DNA from: an uncultured Planctomycetota bacterium
GTDB lineage: Bacteria; Planctomycetota; PLA2; JAEUHO01
Assembly: GCA_963752285.1 (NCBI GenBank)
Contig: CAVVXN010000001.1
Coordinates: 861,622 to 925,621 of the forward strand
Direction of reading: 5' to 3'
Length of the DNA stretch: 64,000 nt
The notes beneath the pieces are model-generated. The model saw only the letters and a list, made by a program, of their open reading frames with translations, searched no databases and was not told the origin of the DNA. The stretch's first letter is position 1. Every line of letters begins with the position of its first letter. Shown here in pieces: positions 9,439 through 17,524 of this stretch. The translations under genes were made by a program, and so were the position numbers.

Positions 9439-10320
9439 ATGCGCGTCGCCGCGATCGTCCCGGTCTTCCGGCGCCCTCGGCTCGTGCTCGAGGCGCTCGA
9501 GAGCGCGCGGTGCCAGACGATGCCTCCCGCGCGCCTCGTGGTGGTGGACGACGGGTCCGACGACGGCAGCGCCGACGCCGTGGAGGCGTGGGGGCGCGAG
9601 GTCCGGCCCGCCGCGGGCTTCGAGGTGCTGCGTCGGCCCCACCGCGGCGTCGGAGCCGCGCGGAACGCGGGCGTCCTTTGCGTCCCCGAGTGCGACGCCC
9701 TGGCGTTCCTCGACTCCGACAACCTCTGGGAGCCGGAGTTCCTCGCGCGGACGAGCGCCGCCCTCGCGCGGGACCCCGCGGCGGTCGGCGTGGTCACGGA
9801 CCGCTGGCGCGTGGACCTCGCGACCGGCCGGCGAAGGCGCGAGCGGCTCGACGCCGTGGACGGAGCGCGCGCGAGAGACCTCCTTCGCGGCCCGCCCGGC
9901 ACGTCGAACACGCTGCTTCGCGCGGCCGCCTTTCGCGCGGTCGGGGGGTACGACGAGGACCTCACGACCGCGGAGGACCTCCACCTGATGTTGCGCCTCG
10001 GCCTCTGGGGCCCGCTCCGCCACGTGCCGGAGGTCCTCGCCGTGCGCCGCGACGCCGCGGGCGAGGAGCCCCAGATCGGAAAGCACCATCCCGACCGACG
10101 CGCGAAGCGCCTGGAGGCGATCGAACGATTCCTCTTCCGCGACGGCGGCGCCGAGGCCGTACCGCGCCGCGCGTGGGGCCCCTGGCTCGCCCGGGTCCGG
10201 GCCGCGCTCGCGCGCCACCGCTTCCGTGAGGGGCGCCGCGACGAGGCGCGCCGCCTCGCGCGCGGCGCCGTCGAGGCCTGGCCCTGGAGTCCCGGGGCCT
10301 GGCTCCAGCGCCTCCGCTGA
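9439..10320 (+). CDS. Glycosyltransferase family 2 (GT-A)
   Basis: AIVPVF, VVVDDGSDD, GAARNAG, AFLDSD, GGYDE...AED motifs. Confidence 0.92.
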   Translation: MRVAAIVPVFRRPRLVLEALESARCQTMPPARLVVVDDGSDDGSADAVEAWGREVRPAAGFEVLRRPHRGVGAARNAGVLCVPECDALAFLDSDNLWEPEFLARTSAALARDPAAVGVVTDRWRVDLATGRRRRERLDAVDGARARDLLRGPPGTSNTLLRAAAFRAVGGYDEDLTTAEDLHLMLRLGLWGPLRHVPEVLAVRRDAAGEEPQIGKHHPDRRAKRLEAIERFLFRDGGAEAVPRRAWGPWLARVRAALARHRFREGRRDEARRLARGAVEAWPWSPGAWLQRLR

Positions 10321-11091
10321 TCAGGGAAGGAGCGCGGCCGCGACGGGCGCGTAGTGTCCCGCGTACGTGATGACGTCCTCGATCTCGCCGCGCTCCCGGA
10401 GCCGTGCGCCGCGCCACTCGTAGCGGAGGACGCGCTCGGGGCCCGGCTCGGGCCAACCCGATCCCGCCGGCACCACCTGCTCCCGAACGAGGTGCTCGGG
10501 GGGGACCGCCGCGAGCACGGACCCCATCTGCTCGCGAAGACATCCGTAGATCTCGTCCCGCGCCCGGCACTTCACGAGGAGCTCCTCGTCGGTCAGGCGA
10601 ACCTCGCGGGCACCGCGCGCCGCGCGTGCGGGGGCCCGCTGCACCACGTAGCGCTCGCCGTGTCCCGGGGCCTGGTGGACGAGCGGGATCTCGAAGAGCT
10701 CCGCGTCGGGTGCCTCGCGGAGCGCGGCCCGGACGATCGGCCGGCAGATGTCGTGCACGGGGTTGTAGAACTCGACCGCGTCGCAGTAGACCTCGCCCGG
10801 TTGGACCGCGCGCACGCGCGCCGCGACCTCGTCCGCGACCCGGCGGAAGAAGTCCGCGTCCCGCGCGAGGAGGGCGCCGTAGAACGCGCCCTCGCCGTGG
10901 TCGAGGAAGGTGGCCCGAGAAAGCAGGTCGAGCGCCCGGAGGCTTCGACGCGTCTCGGCCACGCGCTCCGGTCCGCCGCCGTCGGTCAAAAACACGAGGT
11001 GCGGCCGCCAGCGACGCACGAGCCCGAGCACCGCCAGCTCGTGGTTCGGGTGGCTGAAGACGAAGAGCCGTCGGGGGTCGGGTGTCGGCAC
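10321..11091 (-). CDS. PIG-L/LmbE family deacetylase-like protein (variant metal motif HPNHE)
   Basis: LFVFSHPNHELAVLG, VFLTDGG, R..E.RR, NPVHD parallel HPDDE/T.G/R..E/HPDH; GTG start at 11091 preferred (ATG at 11112 possible). Confidence 0.65.
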   Translation of the reverse strand: MPTPDPRRLFVFSHPNHELAVLGLVRRWRPHLVFLTDGGGPERVAETRRSLRALDLLSRATFLDHGEGAFYGALLARDADFFRRVADEVAARVRAVQPGEVYCDAVEFYNPVHDICRPIVRAALREAPDAELFEIPLVHQAPGHGERYVVQRAPARAARGAREVRLTDEELLVKCRARDEIYGCLREQMGSVLAAVPPEHLVREQVVPAGSGWPEPGPERVLRYEWRGARLRERGEIEDVITYAGHYAPVAAALLP

Positions 11092-11099
11092 GGCGCGGG

Positions 11100-11105
11100 A
11101 TTCTA
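11100..11105 (-). promoter_or_regulatory. Putative -10 (TAGAAT) 8 nt before GTG; leaderless candidate
   Basis: Minus strand TAGAAT-CCCGCGCC-GTG. Confidence 0.5.
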
Positions 11106-11178
11106 GTAGCATCGGCCCCCGAGGAGAGGCCCCGATGTGCGAGGGGGCCTCGCTCCGACGTGGCCCGCCGGGAGGACC

Positions 11179-11589
11179 GTGATGCGAGTCTGTGGCCTGT
11201 TCGACCGCGCCGCGCCCCTCGCGCCGTACCTGAGGAGCGTGCTCCGGATCGTCGCGGCGTTGCTATTCCTCCAGGCCGGGACGATGAAGCTCTTCGGCTG
11301 GCCGATCGCGCTTCCCGGCGGGGCGCCCGCGGTTTTCTCGGAGCTCTGGGTCGGCGGGGTCCTCGAGCTCGTGGGCGGGGCCCTCCTCACGGTGGGCCTG
11401 TTCACGCGGCCGGTCGCGTTCGTCCTCTCCGGCGAGATGGCCGTCGCGTACTTCCAGTTCCACTACCCGCGCGGCCTCTGGCCGGTCGAGAACGACGGGT
11501 ACGCGGCCGTCCTCTACTGTTTCCTCTGGCTCTACCTCTGCGCCGCCGGCCCCGGCCCCTGGAGCCTCGACGCGAGGCGCTGCCGCTGA
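11179..11589 (+). CDS. DoxX family membrane protein
   Basis: LRIVAALLF..AG.MKLFG.P, LELVGG.LL..GLFTRPVAFVLSGEMAVAYF, GPGPWSLD; GGAGG RBS. Confidence 0.9.
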   Translation: MMRVCGLFDRAAPLAPYLRSVLRIVAALLFLQAGTMKLFGWPIALPGGAPAVFSELWVGGVLELVGGALLTVGLFTRPVAFVLSGEMAVAYFQFHYPRGLWPVENDGYAAVLYCFLWLYLCAAGPGPWSLDARRCR

Positions 11590-11741
11590 CCGTCGAACCG
11601 GCGGGACCCGGCCGGGCGGGCGAGGCGGGTCGCGGCGCCTCCGGGCCGGACGACGTTCGGGACGCCGGCGCCGAGGAGGACGGTGATCGCGAGGACGGCC
11701 GCGCCGGGCGCCCTTCCGGGGGCTCTGGTAGACCATCTCTC

Positions 11742-12332
11742 ATGGACGTGGTGGTGCGAGAGGAGCCCTCGAGCTGTCTCGACGCCTACGCGCGCGTCTC
11801 GATCGCGTTCGAGGTCCGTCGCGTGGTGGAGGCGGTCCGCGACGGGCCCCGCTACGTTCTCGTGGAGCGTGCGGTGGACACGCCGTGGACGAAGGACTAC
11901 GACGCGCTCCCCGGGAACCGCCCGCTCGACTGGCCGCGTCGCTTCGACGTCTCGCGCTGGGGGTTCTTCCTCGCCCGCCACGGTGGGGAGCCGGTCGGCG
12001 GCGCCGTCCTCGCGTACCGCACGCCGGGCCTCGACGACCTGGCGGGGCGGGACGACCTCGCCGTGCTCTTCGACCTCCGCGTCGCGCCCAGGTGGCGAAG
12101 GCGGGGCGTCGGCTCGCGACTCCTCGAGGCGGCGGTCGCGTGGGCGCGCGTGCGGTCGTGCGTGGACCTCGACGTCGAGACGCAGAACGTCAACGTGGGC
12201 GCGTGCCGCTTCTACGAGCGACACGGCTTCGCGCTTCGCACGGTAGAGCCCCGCGCGTACCCCACGATCCCCCGCGAGACCCGCCTCGTCTGGCGCCGCC
12301 ACCTCGAACGCGCGGCGCGCGGTCCACGGTGA
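11742..12332 (+). CDS. GNAT N-acetyltransferase, streptothricin acetyltransferase-like
   Basis: DLRVAPRWRRRGVGSRLL (motif A), VETQNVNVGACRFYERHGF, PWTKDYD. Confidence 0.8.
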   Translation: MDVVVREEPSSCLDAYARVSIAFEVRRVVEAVRDGPRYVLVERAVDTPWTKDYDALPGNRPLDWPRRFDVSRWGFFLARHGGEPVGGAVLAYRTPGLDDLAGRDDLAVLFDLRVAPRWRRRGVGSRLLEAAVAWARVRSCVDLDVETQNVNVGACRFYERHGFALRTVEPRAYPTIPRETRLVWRRHLERAARGPR

Positions 12333-12445
12333 AGCCTCGGGAGGGGGTCGAAGGTCTTGGCTCGGGGGCCCGCGCGTCGTGGGCGTGTCCTGAGGGGCGG
12401 CCGTTCGGCGGTACCCGGAGGAGCGGCAACGCTGGAGAACCCTCG

Positions 12446-13591
12446 ATGCAACCCCTCGGCGCGCCCCGGATCCGCGTCCCGGCCCTGGCGCTCGCGCTCG
12501 CGCTCGGGGCCGCCCTCTCGACGGCCTGCGGCGGCGGATCGTCCTCCTCGTCGGGCGGCGGCGACACGGGCCCGGTGGTGGCGGGATCGTGGCAGGCGAT
12601 CTTCTTGGGGAGGGACGTCTCGGGGGGGACCACGACCTCCGCGACGGCGGCCTGGTCGAGCGACGGGACGGGGGCCCTGACGTCGGGCACGGGCTGGATC
12701 GCGAACGGCGGGACGGTCACGGGCCCGAACGACCCCGGGGACGCTTCGGTGGAGGTCGCGCCCGACCGGAGCGCGACCTTCACGCTCTCCGGCGGCGCGA
12801 TGCTCCACGGGCGGGTCGGCGTCGGACGCGACATCGCCATCGCGGCGAACGTGACCGACGGCCAGGACCCCGCGTGGATGGCGCTCGTTCGGAGGAACCC
12901 CGCGCCGACCCTCGCCGACCTCCAGGGCGAGTGGTGGCAGGTCGAGTGGTGGTACGACCCGAGCCTCTCCGTGCCGGCGGGATCGAGCCTGACCGACGTG
13001 TGGATCACGCCGGAGGGCTACGTCGTCCCGGACGTCGTCGCCCTGAACCGGGGCGGGGTCGTCGGCGTCCCCCCGGGCGTCGTCCTCTTCGACGAAGCGA
13101 TCTCCATCGCGGGCGGCTGGCTCGTGGACGGGTCGAGCTTCGCGCCCGCGGCGTATCGCGGGGGGCTCGCCCTCTCGGGGGACGTGGTCCTCCTCGGCGC
13201 CGCCGAGGACTCGACGGGGCAGGCCGCCGTGAAGGTCCTGCTCCGCCGCAGCTCGGCCGTCGATCCGACCCCCGCCTACGGGAACGTCGCGCTCGCCGGC
13301 TTCACCTCGATCCTCGCGAACCTCGGGGCGCTCGGGGGCACGGGCACCTACGACGCCGCGAGTCCGAAGTGGGACCTCGCCGTGAACCTCGAGGGGACGG
13401 CGAGCGGCTCCGCGGTGATCCCGCTGGACCTCTACTACGCCTTCTCCCGGCTGGAGCTCGACCCCACGTCGGGCTCGCCCGGGTACCTCGGCGCGTTCGC
13501 GCGCGGCGGCGAGCTCGTGGCGCTCGGGGGGACGTTCACGGGCTCGCCCTCCGACCGACAGGACCCGGGCATCGTCCTGACCCTTCGCTAA
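12446..13591 (+). CDS. Hypothetical lipoprotein with three tandem beta-rich repeats
   Basis: Lipobox STAC followed by a GGGSSSSS linker; three roughly 115-aa units ending QDPAWMALVRR / QAAVKVLLRR / QDPGIVLTLR. Confidence 0.7.
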   Translation: MQPLGAPRIRVPALALALALGAALSTACGGGSSSSSGGGDTGPVVAGSWQAIFLGRDVSGGTTTSATAAWSSDGTGALTSGTGWIANGGTVTGPNDPGDASVEVAPDRSATFTLSGGAMLHGRVGVGRDIAIAANVTDGQDPAWMALVRRNPAPTLADLQGEWWQVEWWYDPSLSVPAGSSLTDVWITPEGYVVPDVVALNRGGVVGVPPGVVLFDEAISIAGGWLVDGSSFAPAAYRGGLALSGDVVLLGAAEDSTGQAAVKVLLRRSSAVDPTPAYGNVALAGFTSILANLGALGGTGTYDAASPKWDLAVNLEGTASGSAVIPLDLYYAFSRLELDPTSGSPGYLGAFARGGELVALGGTFTGSPSDRQDPGIVLTLR

Positions 13592-16347
13592 CGCGCTCTC
13601 GGGCGCAGCACGATCCGGACCGGACCGCTCGCCGGGCGAACGCCCGAGACCTCGCCGTAGCGCAGCACGCTCCCGGCCTCCGCGCCGAGGACGGCGCGCA
13701 CCCGGATCTCGCCCTGGACGTCCGGGGACATCCGAAGGGTGAACCGCCCCTCCGCGTCCGTTTGGGCGTGGAGGTCCTCGCCCGCGGCCCACGTCGTCAC
13801 CTCCGCGCCCGCGACGGCGTGGCCTTCCTCGTCCAGGACGCGACCCAGGAGCAGCCGCGGCGGCGCGAGGCGCACCACGACCGGGTCCGGGCCCGCGGTC
13901 AGGTCGTCGCGATTCGCGCTCGCGAGGTCGATCGAGCGGTCCGCGGGCGGGCGGACGGTGAGCGCGACCGGACGCGCGGTGAGGCCGTCGATCCGCGCCA
14001 CTCCGCCCGGATCGGCCGCGACGGGGTCCGGATGGCCGTCGGGCACCGGACGTACCGAGACGGTCGCGCCGGCGAGCGGTGCGCCGCTCGGGTCCTCGAC
14101 GCGGACGAGGAGCGTCAGGTCGGCCGCGACGGGCGCGGCCTCGAGTCGAACGGTGCCGCCGTCGAGCAAGACGCCGCAAAGCGACGCCTCGAGCGGGAGA
14201 CGGACGGCGCGGTACCGGCCTGCCGGGTCCGACCGGTAGACGTCGCCGAAGAACGCGAGGTCCACGGGGCCACCGGGCTCGGCCGCGAGGAGGAACGCGC
14301 CGGCGCCGTCGGTCTGTGCGTAGCCGACCGCCTCGCCCGCGCGTCTCGCCTCGATCGACGCGCGCACGACGCCCGCCCGGTCCGGGCCGACCAGAACGCC
14401 GTGGACGAGGTCGGCCGCCCGCAGGTGGACCCGGTGCTTGCCCACGTCGGCGGAGACCTCTTCCGGATCGGGGCAGAGGTAGGCGCCCTCGGGCACGTCG
14501 AGCACCTGCACCTTCACCGTCTCCGCCCCGAGCGGAAGGTGGAAGGTCACGACGCCGTCCGCCGCGGTCCACTCCATCTGCTCATCGAAGTCTTGGGGCG
14601 CGATGTCCACCAGCACGTGGGCGACCCCCTTGCCGTCGGGCCCGACGACCGAGACCCGGAAGGGCCGGTCGGGCTCGAACGCGAGCTCGATGTCGCGCGC
14701 GTCCCCGCCGGCCGCGAGGACGACCGTCCGCGTGGTCTTCGACTCGCCTTCGCGTTCGGCGGTCAGGATGTACGTGCCCGGGGCGAGGTCGGTGAACGCG
14801 AACCGTCCCAGGTCGTCCGTCGTGCGCTCTTCCTCCTGTCCGTAGTAGCCGTCGAACGTAAAGGCCGGGACCTCCGGCGGGAGGAGGCGGGCCACGTCGT
14901 CGTTCCCGCCGGACAGCGTGACCCGGACGTCCGCGAGCGGCCTGCCTTCGTCGTCGAGGACGCGCCCCGAGATCCTGTGCGCGGCGGGGACCACGATCGT
15001 CCCCACGTCCACGACGGGCACGCCGGTCGGCGGTGCTGCGACGTCCAGCAGCGTGCGCCCGCGGCCCTCGGGCATCACGACGAGGACGTAGGGGAGGTCG
15101 CGGGCGAGGTCGGCGAGCCCGAAGCGGCCCGTCTCGTCGCTGCGGCCCTCGGCGTGCGCAGAGAGCTGTCGGCCGTTCACCGTCTTCGAACCGATCGTCG
15201 CCACGACCGCGCCCGCGACGGGGTGGCCGTCGTCGGTCCGAACCCGCCCCGTGAGGGCGAAGCCCCGTTCGAGGGCGAAGTCGATCGCCTTCCGCTCTCC
15301 GACGACCTCTTCCGATCGCGCGTACCCCGGGGCCGCCACGTCGATCTCGTGGTAGTCGTTCGCGACCCATCCGCCGAGCGCGTACCGACCGTCCGCGTCG
15401 GTCTTCGTCGGCTTGAAGAGGGTCCAGCCCATCCCCACGACGGCGTTCGCGACCGGGCGACCGGTCTCGGCGTCCGTGACGCGGCCCGTGACGACCCAGC
15501 CGGGCGCGATCACGACGCGGTGCTCGAGCGCGCCCGACGTCGGGAGCCGAATCGAGTCGTACTCGCTCGAGAACCCGCCGCGCGGTCCGTCCTGCGCCTC
15601 GAGCACGACGGCGATGCCGGCCGGAAGGTCGTCCAGTCGGCAGGTGCCGCGCGCGTCCGTCGTGGCGTGCGCCTCGAAGCCCACGGGCTCGCTCCAGGCA
15701 GCGTGGACCTCGACCTCTACGCCCGGGAGCGCGCGTTCGTCGGGGCCGACCGCGTGGACCACGAGCGCGACGCCGCGACGGAGGACCACGCGTATGCGCG
15801 CGCCGGGCTGGAGTCCGCCGAAGCCCACGGGTGCGTAGCCCTCGGCCCGCACGCGAAGGCTCACCACGGTCCCCGGCCGGAGCGGCAACCGAAACGTGCC
15901 GTCCGTCGCGCTCCGGGTCGAGGGGCCCTCGACGGCCTCGTCGTAGCGCTCGTTCGCGAGGATCGAGCCGCGTCGCCACGGGTACGTGACGACCCCGAGG
16001 TCGGCGCCGGCGACGGGCTTCCCCAGTACGTCCACGACGACGCCGTGGAGGTCCCGCTCGCGATCGACGGCCGCGAGGTCCACCGGCGGGGGCGCGATCG
16101 ACGGTGAGAAGGGTGCGACGGAGCCTGGCTCCGTACGTCCGGTGAGGCGCGGTCGGGACGCGTCGGTTCCGTCGGAAGCGGCCGCGTCCGCGGCGGGATC
16201 CGACCGCGATTCGGACATACGGAGCCAGGCTCCCGGCGTCCACTTCTCCGTCGCGACGAACGCGAGGATCGCGATCCCCGCGACCAGGAGAACGGCCACG
16301 AACCCGACCCGCCGGCGCACGCGTCGAGCGTGGCCCGCGCGTGTCAC
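13588..16347 (-). CDS. Membrane-anchored protein with multiple carboxypeptidase regulatory-like repeats
   Basis: N-terminal TM; repeated G.V.D..G.PVAGA.V and TD..GRF units. Confidence 0.82.
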   Translation of the reverse strand: MTRAGHARRVRRRVGFVAVLLVAGIAILAFVATEKWTPGAWLRMSESRSDPAADAAASDGTDASRPRLTGRTEPGSVAPFSPSIAPPPVDLAAVDRERDLHGVVVDVLGKPVAGADLGVVTYPWRRGSILANERYDEAVEGPSTRSATDGTFRLPLRPGTVVSLRVRAEGYAPVGFGGLQPGARIRVVLRRGVALVVHAVGPDERALPGVEVEVHAAWSEPVGFEAHATTDARGTCRLDDLPAGIAVVLEAQDGPRGGFSSEYDSIRLPTSGALEHRVVIAPGWVVTGRVTDAETGRPVANAVVGMGWTLFKPTKTDADGRYALGGWVANDYHEIDVAAPGYARSEEVVGERKAIDFALERGFALTGRVRTDDGHPVAGAVVATIGSKTVNGRQLSAHAEGRSDETGRFGLADLARDLPYVLVVMPEGRGRTLLDVAAPPTGVPVVDVGTIVVPAAHRISGRVLDDEGRPLADVRVTLSGGNDDVARLLPPEVPAFTFDGYYGQEEERTTDDLGRFAFTDLAPGTYILTAEREGESKTTRTVVLAAGGDARDIELAFEPDRPFRVSVVGPDGKGVAHVLVDIAPQDFDEQMEWTAADGVVTFHLPLGAETVKVQVLDVPEGAYLCPDPEEVSADVGKHRVHLRAADLVHGVLVGPDRAGVVRASIEARRAGEAVGYAQTDGAGAFLLAAEPGGPVDLAFFGDVYRSDPAGRYRAVRLPLEASLCGVLLDGGTVRLEAAPVAADLTLLVRVEDPSGAPLAGATVSVRPVPDGHPDPVAADPGGVARIDGLTARPVALTVRPPADRSIDLASANRDDLTAGPDPVVVRLAPPRLLLGRVLDEEGHAVAGAEVTTWAAGEDLHAQTDAEGRFTLRMSPDVQGEIRVRAVLGAEAGSVLRYGEVSGVRPASGPVRIVLRPRAR

Positions 16348-16681
16348 CGCCGCGTCGGGCCCGTCCGCGCGACGCCGCCCCGATGTGCGGGCGGGCCGTC
16401 GGGCCGTCGAGCGGCGCCTTCGAGAACGCGTTCTCTCTGCCGTCGCCGTCGGCGCGCGCGCGATCCGAAACGACGAACGCCCGGGGGCACAGACCCGGGA
16501 ACCCCAAGCGCTCGGGCGCCCGGGCTCCTCTCCGCGTCGCGTGTGCCGCCTCCTCTCGGCCGCAGGACTCCCGGGAGGAGAGAGGCTCGGGAGAACCGAT
16601 CGGCGCTCGGGAACGCATCGGCGGAGCCGCTGGGCGCCTCCTCGCGTCGTGCCACGCCCCGGACCCGCGCCCGGCGGTCGC

Positions 16682-16687
16682 TACACT
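16682..16687 (+). promoter_or_regulatory. Putative -10 (TACACT) 8 nt before GTG; leaderless candidate
   Basis: TACACT-CCGCCCCG-GTG at 16696; no SD. Confidence 0.5.
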
Positions 16688-16695
16688 CCGCCCCG

Positions 16696-17524
16696 GTGAC
16701 GAGCGTCGCGAGCCTCCCCTGGTACGACCTGCCCGAGCTCCGCGCGCACACGGACCACCTCTGGCGGCGCGTGGCCCGCGCGCTGCGGGACCGCGGCGTG
16801 AAGCACGTGCCGGTCGCGCTCGACCGCGAGACGCCGCTGGAGGCGCAGTGGGCCTCGCCGCGCTTCCTCTTCGGGCAGTGCTGCGGCTACGACGTCGTGC
16901 TGACGCACCGGGAACGTCTCCGCGCGGTCGCGCGCCCCGTGTACGACGGTGCGCGCGCCGGTCCGGGGCGCTACCGGAGCCTGGTGCTCGTGTCCCGGAC
17001 GTGCGACGCGCGGTCCATCGAGGACCTGCGCGGGCTTCGCTGCGTCGTGAACGGGTGCTCCTCGCACTCCGGCATGAGCGTGCTGCGGGGGCTCGTCTCG
17101 CCCTTGCACGTCGGCGGTCGCTTCTTCTCGAGCGTCGAGGTGAGCGGAGCGCACGAGCGGAGCCTCGACGCGCTCGCCGAGGGCCGCGCCGACGTCGCGG
17201 CGATCGACAGCGTCGTCTACGCCCTGCTCGCGCGGTACCGGCCCGCCGCCCTCGCGGGGCTCCGCGTGCTCGTCGAGACGCCGAGCGCCGCGGCGCCCTC
17301 CGTTCGTCACGAGCGTCCACACGCCGAGGGCCGAGGTCAGGACGATTCGCGCCGCGCTCGAGGAGGCGTTCCAGGACCCGGACCTCGCCGAGACGCGAGC
17401 GGCCCTGCTCCTCCGGGGCGTCCTGGAGGTCGGCACGGAGACGTACCGCTCCATCCGCACCTGCGCCGAGCGCGCGCGCGCGCGCGGCTACGAGATGGCG
17501 GAGACCGCGCCCGCGCTGGCTTGA
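16696..17524 (+). pseudogene. PhnD/SsuA/transferrin-family substrate-binding-like protein with a +1 frameshift near 17296-17298 (real lesion or sequencing error)
   Basis: ASLPWYD, LFGQCCGYD, YRS.VLV, N..SSHSG, SGAHERSL, ADVAAID in frame 1; the family-like C-terminus PPFVT...DPDLAETRAALLL...ARGY continues in frame 2 to TGA at 17524. Confidence 0.78.

Noticed and set aside
11590..11741. Minus-strand hydrophobic stretch (LAITVLLGAGVPNVVRPG) resembling a transporter fragment
   Set aside because: Too short and too weak to support a call
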